From Candidatus Woesebacteria bacterium (lineage in GTDB: Bacteria > Patescibacteriota > Microgenomatia > UBA1400 > UBA1396), in the NCBI GenBank assembly GCA_021208605.1, contig JAJOJK010000007.1, positions 1 to 48,221 of the forward strand: 48,221 nucleotides of DNA, in the 5' to 3' direction. Below, piece by piece: positions 32,179 to 41,734 of this stretch; positions within the stretch are counted from its first letter, which is position 1; each line of letters opens with the position of its first letter. The notes below the pieces were generated by a model that saw nothing but the letters and a program-made list of their open reading frames with translations, ran no database searches and was not told where the DNA came from. Position numbers and translations under genes: made by a program.

Positions 32179-34989
32179 ATGTTGTCTCGTTTGCAGCGCC
32201 AGTGGCGTCGATGGTCACGAAACATTCGTCGCCAACTGTCCGGTAACAAATATTCTCGCTCGAGTTCTTTCCGTAGCCGTCGAGCGGCTCGTACTTCAAG
32301 AGCCGTAAGCGCTCCTGCCACCGGCTGGCGAAAGTGGTTTGCCGTTCCCAAGGGAGCCGAAGCAGCCTTTTGGCGGGCGCAAGCGTTGCGTATTGGTGCG
32401 GTGCTGCTCGTTGCCGGTACGCTTTTTGGTATTGTGCTCTTTATTGGTTTAGTAGCCTGGGTGGCGAATGACCTGCCTGATCCCAGCGGTGTGCGTCGCC
32501 AGGAAGGGTTTTCGACCAAAATTCTCGACCGCTATGGAGAAGTTCTCTATGATGTGCATGGCGATGAGCGCCGGGTGCCGATTACTATCGATCAAGTTCC
32601 CGAGTATCTGCAGCAGGCGACCGTTGCCGTTGAAGATAAAGATTTTTATGACCACAGTGGTTTTGATCCGCTGACACCATTCCGTATTGCGTATAACTAT
32701 GTGTTCCGTGGTGGTCGTGTAGTGGGTGGTTCCACACTTACCCAGCAGTTAGTAAAGAATGTGCTGCTCACCAATGAGCGCACTATCACCCGTAAGTTGA
32801 AAGAATTTATTTTGGCCCTCGAGATTGAGCGTCAGTTCAGTAAAGAAGAAATTCTGCAAATGTATCTGAACGAAGCGCCGTACGGTGGTACTTCGGTAGG
32901 CGCTGGTGCAGCGGCCGAGATGTACTTTGATAAAGATGTGCAGGATCTTAACCTGGTCGAGTCCGCTATCCTGGCTGGTTTGCCGCAGCGGCCGACCGCC
33001 TACTCGCCGCTCCTCGGTCGAACCGATGAAGATGGTGAGTATCTGTGGAAAATCCGCGCCATCGGTGTGCTGCGCCGGATGCGTGAAGATGGATACATTA
33101 CCCAAGAACTCGAAGAAAGCGCTTTGGCTCAACTTGATAGTGTGGAATTTTCTAAGCAATCAACCGCCATTAAAGCACCACATTTTGTGTTTTATGTACT
33201 TGAACAGCTCGAAGAGATGTATGGCTCAGAAGTCGTGCAACGTGGTGGTTTGATCGTCAAGACTTCTCTCGATTTGCCATTTCATGAAGAAACGCAACAG
33301 ATTGTAGGAGAAGAGATCGAGAAAGTGATCGATTTCAACATTACGAACGGTGCAGTGGTCGTTATGGATCCTCGCAACGGCGAAATTCTCTCCATGGTGG
33401 GAAGTAAAAACTACTTTGCCGATGATATTCCAGGCCAATTTAACGTAGCGGTCGATGGTTTGCGTCAGCCAGGTTCCTCGATTAAGCCAGTGACGTACGC
33501 CACGGCTTTGCAACAAGGCATGACTCCGGCCACTATGTTTGTCGACTCATTTACGAGTTTTGCTCCCAACGATTCCGCCGATGCCTATGAGCCGCGCAAC
33601 TATGACGGCATTTTCCGTGGGCCAATGGCGCTGCGTCGTGCTTTAGCCGAATCCAATAACGTTGTGGCCGTGAAGTTGTTGGCCTCAGTTGGTGTGCAGA
33701 ACATGCTCCAGCAAGCGTTTGACATGGGGTTTGTAACGCTCGAACCAACGCGCGAAAATATGCGTAACTATGGTTTGGCAGTCACGCTTGGAGGCGCTGA
33801 GGTGCATCTGATTGACAGCGTGACGGCATATAGCTCCTTTGCAAATGGCGGAAGTCGAGTGGAACCGGTTGCCATCTTGGAAGTCAAAGATAACGCCGAA
33901 CAGGTCCTGTTCCAACACCGCGATATCCAAGGTCGCCAAGTTGTCGATCCAGAAGTTGCCTTCTTGATTAACTCGATCTTGTCGGACGACAACGCTCGCT
34001 CTGGCGCTTTCGGTGTCAACTCGCAGCTCAATATTAACAATCGCCCCGTTGCCGTCAAAACCGGTACAACCAATGATCAGAAAGATAACTGGACGATTGG
34101 GTGGAGCCGCTCCACGATCGTTGGTGTTTGGGTCGGTAACAATGATAACTCCAGCATGACCCGCGTGGCTTCTGGTGTTACCGGTGCCTCACCGATTTGG
34201 CGTCGCGTCATGTTGGCGGCTATTTCCAGTGGACGTACGACCGACGACTGGGAAGTACCGGACGGAGTCGAACGAGTGGCCGTAGATCCAATTTCCGGAT
34301 ACCCCGCCCACGACGAACTAGGCTCCAAAGAAGAATGGGTGATCAAAGGCACTTTGCCTACCGAACCTGATCCTATTCACCAGAAAGTACGCTTGTGTCG
34401 CGGTCAGGATAAGCTGGCGACAGCAGTCGACGTGCAACGCGGTGAGTACGACGAACGCGTGTACACAAACCTCTACGAAGATGATCCTATCAGTCAGGAT
34501 GGCCGTAATCGTTGGCAGGAAGGCATTGATGCGTGGATTGCCCAAAATCAAGATCGCGGTCCGTTCCAGGCGCCAACAGAGTATTGTGATTCCGTTGACG
34601 AAGTCATTGTTCGCTTAGAGAAACCTGAAAATGAGCGCTCGTATGACTCCGAGAATATTGAAGTTGAGGTCAACACCGTTTCAGAAGAGCGCATTGATCG
34701 TGTCGAAATTTTTGTCAACGGTTCTGTGCGCGAAACGCTGCGCGAGAAACCGTACCGCACTCAACTGAATCTGCCGCGCGGACGCTATACGCTCTACGCC
34801 AAAGCCGTGCGAACGGATAACAAAGAAGGCAAAACAGGTGAGGTACGTATTGGCACTGGTGGTCAAGACTGGAAAGAGCCCACCCCTACTCCTACGCCGA
34901 CTCCAACTCCGACACCAACGCCAACTCCCAAACCGAGTCCTTCGCCTACGCCCACTCCACCGCTCGACCTCAATCTCGACGACGAATAA
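32179..34989 (+). CDS. Class A penicillin-binding protein (transglycosylase + transpeptidase) with extended C-terminus
   Basis: GT51 motifs (AVEDKDFYDHSGFD, GGSTLTQQL), transpeptidase SxxK (PGSSIKP), SxN (ESNN) and KTG (VKTGTT). An extra ~250 aa ends in a (PT)n tail. The ATG at 32179 is preferred; the longer track ORF overlaps the recG start. Confidence 0.9.
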   Translation: MLSRLQRQWRRWSRNIRRQLSGNKYSRSSSFRSRRAARTSRAVSAPATGWRKWFAVPKGAEAAFWRAQALRIGAVLLVAGTLFGIVLFIGLVAWVANDLPDPSGVRRQEGFSTKILDRYGEVLYDVHGDERRVPITIDQVPEYLQQATVAVEDKDFYDHSGFDPLTPFRIAYNYVFRGGRVVGGSTLTQQLVKNVLLTNERTITRKLKEFILALEIERQFSKEEILQMYLNEAPYGGTSVGAGAAAEMYFDKDVQDLNLVESAILAGLPQRPTAYSPLLGRTDEDGEYLWKIRAIGVLRRMREDGYITQELEESALAQLDSVEFSKQSTAIKAPHFVFYVLEQLEEMYGSEVVQRGGLIVKTSLDLPFHEETQQIVGEEIEKVIDFNITNGAVVVMDPRNGEILSMVGSKNYFADDIPGQFNVAVDGLRQPGSSIKPVTYATALQQGMTPATMFVDSFTSFAPNDSADAYEPRNYDGIFRGPMALRRALAESNNVVAVKLLASVGVQNMLQQAFDMGFVTLEPTRENMRNYGLAVTLGGAEVHLIDSVTAYSSFANGGSRVEPVAILEVKDNAEQVLFQHRDIQGRQVVDPEVAFLINSILSDDNARSGAFGVNSQLNINNRPVAVKTGTTNDQKDNWTIGWSRSTIVGVWVGNNDNSSMTRVASGVTGASPIWRRVMLAAISSGRTTDDWEVPDGVERVAVDPISGYPAHDELGSKEEWVIKGTLPTEPDPIHQKVRLCRGQDKLATAVDVQRGEYDERVYTNLYEDDPISQDGRNRWQEGIDAWIAQNQDRGPFQAPTEYCDSVDEVIVRLEKPENERSYDSENIEVEVNTVSEERIDRVEIFVNGSVRETLREKPYRTQLNLPRGRYTLYAKAVRTDNKEGKTGEVRIGTGGQDWKEPTPTPTPTPTPTPTPTPKPSPSPTPTPPLDLNLDDE

Positions 34990-35043
34990 AGAACTCACAA
35001 TACTTGGTAAGCAGAGAATTGGTGCTGATTTTTCTTGTCAGCG

Positions 35044-37041
35044 TTACTGCAGCGTGACACCCAGAGTCTGCAGTGATTTCACGGCCTTCTCCTTGAACAC
35101 TTGCGCGCGTTCACTCGAAAACTGCTCGTTTGTATCCCAGAACGTGAGACGGAACGTCCAGTTGTTTTCGAACTGGTCACGAAGCTCGACTGTGGAAACG
35201 GTAGCATCCAAAGATTTGAGTGCCGTGATAATTTCACCCACCGGTGTGGCATTCGGCAGAACAAGGGTCCAGTCTTCATAGTACGGTGCTGTTTTGGGTA
35301 CCGGGTGATACTCTGGCCACCGCTGACTAACTTCCAGGAGTGATCGCCAATGGAGTTCGAAACCGACTTTTCCTTCTGGCAGATAACCAATACTTCCTAG
35401 CACTCGATCTTTGTGAGTGATAATTCCATATGAGGAGAAAATTCGCCCTGTATTTCGGTCTTTTTTCGTATCATCATTGGGTTTTTCAACAGAAAAATCG
35501 TTGATGTACAGCTCATTTGCTAGAAAATCGAGTGTAGCGCGGAGTTGACGGAAATCAGTGTCCAGGACGGTGAGCACTAGGTGTTCATCTGGCAATGTTC
35601 CTTCTTGTGGAAGATATATGTTGGCCAACTCAAATGTACCTCGCGCAGCACTGTGTTCTAAGAAATGGACGGTTTCTTCCGCGTGCGATGGCAATACGTA
35701 TTGACGCATATACTCCATATCACTGGTAAGCGGATTTCGGATTTGCTGGTGTTCCGCTGGATCGAGGTTCCAGCGCTCCAGAAGTTCTGTTCCAACCATG
35801 GAGTACGTGTAGAGTTCTTGGTATCCCAAGGCGGCGAGAACGTGTTTGAGTTTGGTTTCGAGCGTGAAGTTATCTCCGACTGGTTTGTGAGTAGGAATTG
35901 CGGTGTCCATCAGTCGGCTGGGCAAATTATGGTAGCCATAGATGCGCGCCACTTCCTCAACAATATCGGCTGACATGCTGAGATCAGTGCGGAAGCTGGG
36001 GATGGTGATCAGGAGCTCTTGTGCGCTGGACTCAGTGACTTGGCATCCCAGCTGTGTGAGGATGGTTGTAATTTCGGAAGCAGGTAACTCAATACCGAGA
36101 TACCGCTCGACTTCGCTCGGTGCAAACGGAAGTGTCTTGTTGTTTGAAGGAACAATCACTTCGTCATAGACCGTTGAGGCTTGTGTGGCGCCAGTGAGCT
36201 CAGTGAACAGCTCAATGCCGCGCAGCATCACTTCGCGGGCCAAATTGTGGTCTAGAGCGCGTTCATTGAGCTGAGCCGCAGGTGTGCGCAGCGCGTGGGT
36301 CATGGACGTGAAACGAATCTTCTCATGGGGAATGGACTCAATCCAGAACAGTACATTTTGGGTCGTGTCGTTGACCGCAGTATTGGCGGTGCCCATGATT
36401 CCGGGAATGTCGATTATGGTTCCGTCAGCATTCGTGAAGACCACTTCTCCACCCACGGTTTCGTAGCTGGCGCCGTCCAGTGTCGTGAATGGCATGCCGG
36501 CTTCGGCTTCTCGCACGTGGATTTCGCCACCGAGGGCCATGATTTTTTCGTAGTCAAAGGCGTGGCAAGGATGGCCCAGATCGTGGCTGAGGTAGTTGGT
36601 AATATCGATGATAACGTCTTTTACGTTGAGCTCGACTTGTTGCAGGCGGGTACTCATCCACTCAGGTGTGGCGGGGTGCTGCACGTTGCTCAGGATTACT
36701 GCCGTGATGCGGTGGCAGAGCTGACTGCTGTTATCAATAACCGGCAGGGGCAAGGTTTCGGTGTCGGCTGCGGGGAGAGCGTCGGTCAGTGTGAGCGTTT
36801 TGAGTTCTGAGGGGAAACCAGCATTATCCAAAATAACAGCGGCCTCGCGCGCAATGCCGCGCACAGACATGCTATCCACGCGGTTGGTGGTGACCTCGAT
36901 GTCGTAAACGGAGTCGCCTTGGCGGTCATAAATGCGCTCGACAGATGGTCCGCAGAGGGAGAGCTGGTTTTGGATGGTTTCTGGATCGGCTTGCGTATCG
37001 AGGTGATCTTTCAGCCAAGTGTGGGGGACGAGTATGTTCAT
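35044..37041 (-). CDS. pheT: Phenylalanyl-tRNA synthetase beta subunit (lacks the OB-fold tRNA-binding insert)
   Basis: B1 start MNILVPHTWLKDHL..., B3/4 (DIEVTTNRVDSMSVRGIAREAA), B5, and the FDX-ACB C-terminal domain. Only ~10 aa separate B1 from B3/4, versus ~110 aa in E. coli. Confidence 0.92.
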   Translation of the reverse strand: MNILVPHTWLKDHLDTQADPETIQNQLSLCGPSVERIYDRQGDSVYDIEVTTNRVDSMSVRGIAREAAVILDNAGFPSELKTLTLTDALPAADTETLPLPVIDNSSQLCHRITAVILSNVQHPATPEWMSTRLQQVELNVKDVIIDITNYLSHDLGHPCHAFDYEKIMALGGEIHVREAEAGMPFTTLDGASYETVGGEVVFTNADGTIIDIPGIMGTANTAVNDTTQNVLFWIESIPHEKIRFTSMTHALRTPAAQLNERALDHNLAREVMLRGIELFTELTGATQASTVYDEVIVPSNNKTLPFAPSEVERYLGIELPASEITTILTQLGCQVTESSAQELLITIPSFRTDLSMSADIVEEVARIYGYHNLPSRLMDTAIPTHKPVGDNFTLETKLKHVLAALGYQELYTYSMVGTELLERWNLDPAEHQQIRNPLTSDMEYMRQYVLPSHAEETVHFLEHSAARGTFELANIYLPQEGTLPDEHLVLTVLDTDFRQLRATLDFLANELYINDFSVEKPNDDTKKDRNTGRIFSSYGIITHKDRVLGSIGYLPEGKVGFELHWRSLLEVSQRWPEYHPVPKTAPYYEDWTLVLPNATPVGEIITALKSLDATVSTVELRDQFENNWTFRLTFWDTNEQFSSERAQVFKEKAVKSLQTLGVTLQ

Positions 37042-37064
37042 AGTATCTTTGTTTCTTTCTGTGC

Positions 37065-38105
37065 TTAAAATTGTTCGAGGAAGCGGGGATCGGCGGTAAA
37101 GAGCAGCCGAATGTCGTCCAAGTGCAGACCTGGACGAAGGGCGTATGTTCGCTCTACTCCCCAGCCAAAGGCAAAGCCGGTGTATTTTTCTGGATCAATG
37201 CCACCCGCTCGTAAGACGTTGGGATGGACCATGCCAGCGCCACCGACTTCGTGCCAGCCTGATTTACAGAAGCGACACGTTTCCCCATTGAGTTGACCGG
37301 TGCCTTTACAGATGGTGCACGAGAAATCGATTTCGAACGAAGGTTCAGTAAATTTAAAGTGGAACGGTCGAATACGTGATTTACTGTCTGGACCGTAGAA
37401 TTCTTTCGCAAAGTGATCAATAGTTCCCTTAAGGTGCTGAATGGTAATGTTTTTGTCGACCACTAAACCCTCGAACTGATGGAACATTTGGGTATGCGTG
37501 ACATCTTGTTGGCGGCGATAGGTGCGGCCAATGTTGATCATGCGAATAGGAGGTTCAGAATTGAGGCGTTCCATTTCACGGACTTGGCCATTGGAGGTGT
37601 GTGGCGTGAGGACCATTTTGCCAAGTTGAGAGTGTTCTGGGGCGTTCATGAAGAAGGTTTCCCACTCATCGCGAGCGGGGTGGTTCGAAGGCATGTTCAG
37701 CGCCTCAAAAGCGTAGTGGTCCCACTCGACCTCAGGATAACGCACGCGCGTAAAGCCGATTTTTTCAAAAATGTCGGTGATTTCGTTGATGGCTTGGCTG
37801 AGAGGATGCAGTCGGCCAACGGGGCGATCAGCGGCTGGGAGGGTTGGGTCGAGCCATTCTGTTTTACTTGGCGTATTTTCCGCCTCTGTCAGGAGCGTTT
37901 CCATTTCTTCGCGGAGTTCTTGCAGCTTTTGGCCAGCGGCGGGTTTTTCCTCAGGCGAGAGTTCGCGCAGCAAGCTGGCCGCCTCAGAGAAAAGTCCCTG
38001 TTTTTTTCCGAATAAGAAGATACGGAGTTCTTCTGGTTCGTTCGGAGCCTGGGTAAGTTTTTGGCGAATGTTGGTTATGTGTTGAGCGAAAGTGTCTGTC
38101 TTCAT
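37065..38105 (-). CDS. pheS: Phenylalanyl-tRNA synthetase alpha subunit
   Basis: 346 aa with class II motifs (HPARDEWETFF, GRTYRR, GFAFGWGVER). Confidence 0.95.
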   Translation of the reverse strand: MKTDTFAQHITNIRQKLTQAPNEPEELRIFLFGKKQGLFSEAASLLRELSPEEKPAAGQKLQELREEMETLLTEAENTPSKTEWLDPTLPAADRPVGRLHPLSQAINEITDIFEKIGFTRVRYPEVEWDHYAFEALNMPSNHPARDEWETFFMNAPEHSQLGKMVLTPHTSNGQVREMERLNSEPPIRMINIGRTYRRQQDVTHTQMFHQFEGLVVDKNITIQHLKGTIDHFAKEFYGPDSKSRIRPFHFKFTEPSFEIDFSCTICKGTGQLNGETCRFCKSGWHEVGGAGMVHPNVLRAGGIDPEKYTGFAFGWGVERTYALRPGLHLDDIRLLFTADPRFLEQF

Positions 38106-38146
38106 GTCTCTTTTCTTGTTTTGATTGTATCAAGGTCTGCAGGTAC

Positions 38147-38172
38147 AAAAAACCCCCGGGAGTCGGGGGTTT
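38147..38172 (-). terminator. Rho-independent terminator between rplT and pheS
   Basis: The minus strand reads AAACCCCCG-ACTCC-CGGGGGTTTTTT, directly after the rplT stop and 41 nt before the pheS ATG. Confidence 0.65.
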
Positions 38173-38196
38173 CGGTAGTTGAAGCGCGAGCGAGTC

Positions 38197-38556
38197 TTAT
38201 TTCGCTTTGGACGCTACTTCAACTACCTTGCTAAATGATTCGAAATCACGAGCCGCCATTTCAGAGAGCATCTTGCGATTCAGCTGAATATCGGCTTTTT
38301 TGAGTTGGTTCACGAAGCGTGAGTAGTTAACGGCATCAGCAATGTTTTGCAAACCAGCACTGATACGAGAAATCCACAAGCGACGGAAATCGCGTTTGCG
38401 GTTCTTGCGGCCAATGTAGGCATATTTACCAGCATGTAAGAAGGCTTCTTTGGACACCTTGTACAAGCGGTTTTTGGTCATGCGGAAGCCTTTGTTGGCT
38501 TTCAGCACTTTTTGGTGACGACGACGTCGGTATGGTCCTGTTTTTACGCGAGACAT
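38197..38556 (-). CDS. rplT: 50S ribosomal protein L20
   Basis: MSRVKTGPYRRRRHQKVLKANKGF... is typical of bL20. Confidence 0.95.
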   Translation of the reverse strand: MSRVKTGPYRRRRHQKVLKANKGFRMTKNRLYKVSKEAFLHAGKYAYIGRKNRKRDFRRLWISRISAGLQNIADAVNYSRFVNQLKKADIQLNRKMLSEMAARDFESFSKVVEVASKAK

Positions 38557-38565
38557 AATTTCCTT

Positions 38566-38772
38566 TTAGGCAATGCCGAGCATTTGCTTAATTTTCTTGG
38601 CAAAACGACCCTTCACTTCTACCGGAGTGCGGTAGCTGCGAATCGCACGCTTCGATTTGTTGAAGCGCAAGTGGCGCATGTTTTGGCGGCGGCGTAAAAC
38701 TTTACCGGTAGCGGTAATTTTGAAACGCTTGGCGACGCCTTTGCGGGTTTTTTGCTTATACGTTTTTGCCAT
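38566..38772 (-). CDS. rpmI: 50S ribosomal protein L35
   Basis: MAKTYKQKTRKGVAKRFKITATGKVLRRR... is typical of bL35. Confidence 0.93.
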   Translation of the reverse strand: MAKTYKQKTRKGVAKRFKITATGKVLRRRQNMRHLRFNKSKRAIRSYRTPVEVKGRFAKKIKQMLGIA

Positions 38773-38792
38773 AGAATTCCTTCAAGAGGGGT

Positions 38793-38820
38793 ATTATAAC
38801 AGGGTTTTGCTCGCTTGCAA
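38793..38820 (-). promoter_or_regulatory. Internal promoter TTGCAA-16 nt-(TGt)TATAAT for rpmI-rplT
   Basis: The minus strand reads TTGCAAgcgagcaaaacccTGtTATAAT, followed by the SD GAAGGAA 5 nt before the rpmI ATG. Confidence 0.5.
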
Positions 38821-38837
38821 AGAGAATCTCTCTCAGC

Positions 38838-39386
38838 TTATTTCTTTTTTTCTGGCATCAGCTGCATGGTCATGACTTTTCCTTGCAGTTTTGGCTCAAT
38901 TTCGATGCGAGCAACGTCTTCTACCGCCTCGTACACTTTGTTGAGAACGTTTTCACCGAATTCTTTTTTGGTAATTTCTCGACCACGGAAGCGCAGCAGA
39001 AGACGGACCTTATCACCATTTTCTAAGAATTTACGCACGCGTTTGGTGCGCGCCAGTAAGTCACCTTCAGCAATAAATGGGCTCAAGCGCAGTTCTTTGA
39101 TTTCAGAACCTTTACCGCTGACGCGTTGCTTTTGCTTTTGTTGTTGCTGTTGGTACTTATGTTTGGACTCTTCAATAATCTTTACAACAGGAGGTTTGGC
39201 GGTAGCAACAATGAGGATCAAGTCCTTTTCTTGTTCCTCTGCCATGCGAATGGCTTCTTCTTTCGACATTACGCCGATCTGGTCACCGCGATCAGTGAGT
39301 ACTCGAACTTCACTGGCTCGAATGTCCTCATTCATTATAAATTCTGATTTACGGCGATATTTTGGTCGTCGTGGTTTGAAGCGAAT
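38838..39386 (-). CDS. infC: Translation initiation factor IF-3, with ATT start codon
   Basis: AAGGAGGT, then 5 nt, then ATT (39386-39384) opens the frame IRFKPRRPKYRRKSEFIMNEDIRASEVRV.... The track's ATG at 39335 is internal. Confidence 0.88.
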   Translation of the reverse strand: MRFKPRRPKYRRKSEFIMNEDIRASEVRVLTDRGDQIGVMSKEEAIRMAEEQEKDLILIVATAKPPVVKIIEESKHKYQQQQQKQKQRVSGKGSEIKELRLSPFIAEGDLLARTKRVRKFLENGDKVRLLLRFRGREITKKEFGENVLNKVYEAVEDVARIEIEPKLQGKVMTMQLMPEKKK

Positions 39387-39425
39387 TGCGTACCTCCTTG
39401 TTATTTAGATTTTCTATTATACCAT

Positions 39426-41270
39426 TTACGATCGCAAGACTGCAGGGGTTTCCTCTTCAATCCTAGCAATCAGTTCTGATGTCGCGAGAACCCCGAGTGA
39501 GCGATTCCCATGTTGCCGAACTGCACTGGCAAAATTTTGCTCACTGTCGTGAGTGCCCTGCTCTTTTCCGCCAACTACCAGCATATACGGAATCTTTTCC
39601 TGCTCGGCCTTGCGGATACGGTTTTGCATGGTTTCGGCCTCATCGCGAACTTCGACGCGAATGCCATGCGAGTTCAGTTCTTTAGCAACAGCCTGCGCGT
39701 ACGCACTTTGGTCAGCAGTAATAGGAATGACTACTGCCTGCACTGGTGACAGCCAAGCCGGGAAAGCACCCGCATAGTGCTCAATCAAGACGGACAAGAA
39801 ACGCTCGATCGCGCCCATAATGGCGGCGTGGATCATGACGACGCGTTCTTGTTCACCATCTTCGTTGATACAGTTCAGGTCGAAACGCTCCGGCATGTTC
39901 ATGTCGAGCTGGATGGTGGCGACTTGCCACTCGCGACCAATGGCGTCGTGGCCCATGAAGTCGATTTTGGGACCGTAGAAGGCGGCTTCACCTGGAGCCT
40001 CGACAAACTCAACGCCATGATCTTGAATGAGTTGACGCATCTGGCTCTCAGCAAACTCCCAGTTTTCGGGAGAGCCAAGGTATTTTTCGGGGTGTTCCGG
40101 GTCATGGAGTGACAAACGCACGCTGAGGTCAAACCCAAAGGCGCCATAGAACTCGTGGACAATGTCCCAGATAGCGTTAATTTCCTGCTTTACCTGAGAT
40201 GGACGACAGAAGACGTGCGCATCGTCTTGCGTGATCGAGCGTACGCGGGAGAGACCAGCCAGTTCGCCGGTTTGTTCGTCGCGGTAGACCATGGTGGTAT
40301 TGGCGTAGCGTTGTGGCATCTCGCGGTAGCTGTGCGGACGGCGATCAAAAATCTGCGTGTGGTGCGGACAGTTCATTGGTTTCATGGCGAACTCATGGCC
40401 TTCACGCGTTTGGATACGGAAGAGTTCGTCAGCAAACTTATCCCAGTGACCGCTGCGTTCATACAGGTCTTTTTTGGTGACGTGAGGAATTTCTACGCGT
40501 TGGTAACCGTGTTGCTGACGGAGTTTCCAGACAAACTCATCGAGCAAGTTGCGCAGCATGGCACCTTTTGGGGCCCACAGTGGCAGACCAGGACCAACCA
40601 GTTCAGAGAACGTAAAAAGATCGAGTTCTTTACCGAGCTTGCGGTGGTCGCGCTTGCGGGCTTCTTCGAGCATCTGTTGGTAGGTGCGCAGTTCTTTACG
40701 GCTCGGGAAAGCGGTGCCGTAGATGCGCGTGAGCATGATGTTGTTTTCGTCGCCATGCCAGTAGGCGCCGGCCACGTTCAGCAAAGAAAAGGCTTTGATT
40801 TCGCGTGTGTTTTCCACATGGGGACCCTTACAAAGGTCAACGAACACCAGGAGTTCAGACAAAACCGGGCGTTTTCCCTGTTCGACCAGCGCTTTAGCAG
40901 CGGCGAGGTTTTCCTCTTTTCCGGTGAGGTACAAGGAAACGGGTTCACTGTTCTCCTCTGCTTTGGCGATCCATTCCTGTTTGTACTCGTTATCGGCGAA
41001 GATGGTGCGGGCCAGGCTTGGTTCGACTTCGATGCGCTCGAACTGCATGTTTTGATCGATGAGTTCCTGCATTTTGGATTCGATCTCGGCGAAGTTTTCT
41101 TCATTGATAGTGATATTGCGTGGTTCAAAGTCAAAGTAAAACCCAGTTTCGGTTGCCGGACCCATGGCCATGACAATCTTGTCTGGACCATAGAGCAGTT
41201 CCATAGCCATAGTGAGCATATGTTCTGCGGAATGACGAATTTTTGCTACATTGTCTGCGTGCTCAGACAT
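39426..41270 (-). CDS. thrS: Threonyl-tRNA synthetase (no N-terminal TGS domain)
   Basis: It starts ~10 aa before the editing-domain HxxxH (IRHSAEHML) and has class II motifs and an anticodon-binding domain. It sits at the head of the thrS-infC-rpmI-rplT-pheST block. Confidence 0.95.
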   Translation of the reverse strand: MSEHADNVAKIRHSAEHMLTMAMELLYGPDKIVMAMGPATETGFYFDFEPRNITINEENFAEIESKMQELIDQNMQFERIEVEPSLARTIFADNEYKQEWIAKAEENSEPVSLYLTGKEENLAAAKALVEQGKRPVLSELLVFVDLCKGPHVENTREIKAFSLLNVAGAYWHGDENNIMLTRIYGTAFPSRKELRTYQQMLEEARKRDHRKLGKELDLFTFSELVGPGLPLWAPKGAMLRNLLDEFVWKLRQQHGYQRVEIPHVTKKDLYERSGHWDKFADELFRIQTREGHEFAMKPMNCPHHTQIFDRRPHSYREMPQRYANTTMVYRDEQTGELAGLSRVRSITQDDAHVFCRPSQVKQEINAIWDIVHEFYGAFGFDLSVRLSLHDPEHPEKYLGSPENWEFAESQMRQLIQDHGVEFVEAPGEAAFYGPKIDFMGHDAIGREWQVATIQLDMNMPERFDLNCINEDGEQERVVMIHAAIMGAIERFLSVLIEHYAGAFPAWLSPVQAVVIPITADQSAYAQAVAKELNSHGIRVEVRDEAETMQNRIRKAEQEKIPYMLVVGGKEQGTHDSEQNFASAVRQHGNRSLGVLATSELIARIEEETPAVLRS

Positions 41271-41287
41271 AGTGAGCTCCTTACTGT

Positions 41288-41713
41288 TTATTGGGTGGTA
41301 GTTGTTGCGGTGGCTTCAGTGTTTTCGGAAGACCCCGTACGGAAAGAATTGAAGAGATCAAAGATTTGCTCTTCGTTGTATTGGAAACGATTGGTATCAG
41401 TATTTGTCGTGGAAGTTGGTTGCGTGGTAGTAGGAATTAAGAAACTGGGCGTCACTCGTTCCAGTTGATTCATAAATCCAGTCAACCATGGTTCTAAGTA
41501 TGTGACAAAGAGGCCAACAATAATACCGAAGAAAATGATCGTGGCAATCATGCGACCTAAACCGAGGCCAATACCGGCAATGAAACTTTTTAAGAAAATT
41601 TCTTTTCCCGAAGCATCATAAATCGTTCGACGCGCTGGTTGGTCGATTGCTTGCGATTCTTCGGTGGTGTCTAATGGTTGAAACGAGGCCATTTTGCTTG
41701 CCCAGTATATCAT
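41288..41713 (-). CDS. Small membrane protein with Thr-rich C-terminal tail, unknown function
   Basis: 141-aa ORF with central TM segments (FIAGIGLGLGRMIATIIFFGIIVGLFV), 17 nt upstream of thrS. Confidence 0.5.
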   Translation of the reverse strand: MIYWASKMASFQPLDTTEESQAIDQPARRTIYDASGKEIFLKSFIAGIGLGLGRMIATIIFFGIIVGLFVTYLEPWLTGFMNQLERVTPSFLIPTTTQPTSTTNTDTNRFQYNEEQIFDLFNSFRTGSSENTEATATTTTQ

Positions 41714-41734
41714 GCTTTGCTGATTATCCCAGCG

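Noticed and set aside
34870-34962. Short-period repeats (also at 48151-48221 and 360-430) considered as a CRISPR or non-coding array
   Set aside because: They are in-frame 6/18-nt repeats encoding PT, SP or Ser linkers inside ORFs, with no spacer-repeat structure. I saw no CRISPR array, rRNA or transposase anywhere in the window.
40155-41468. 437-aa + strand ORF opposite thrS
   Set aside because: It is antisense to thrS and to the downstream membrane gene, and has no recognisable motifs. The same reasoning applies to the + strand ORFs opposite pheS (37479..38015, 37771..38085), pheT, recG and sufC.
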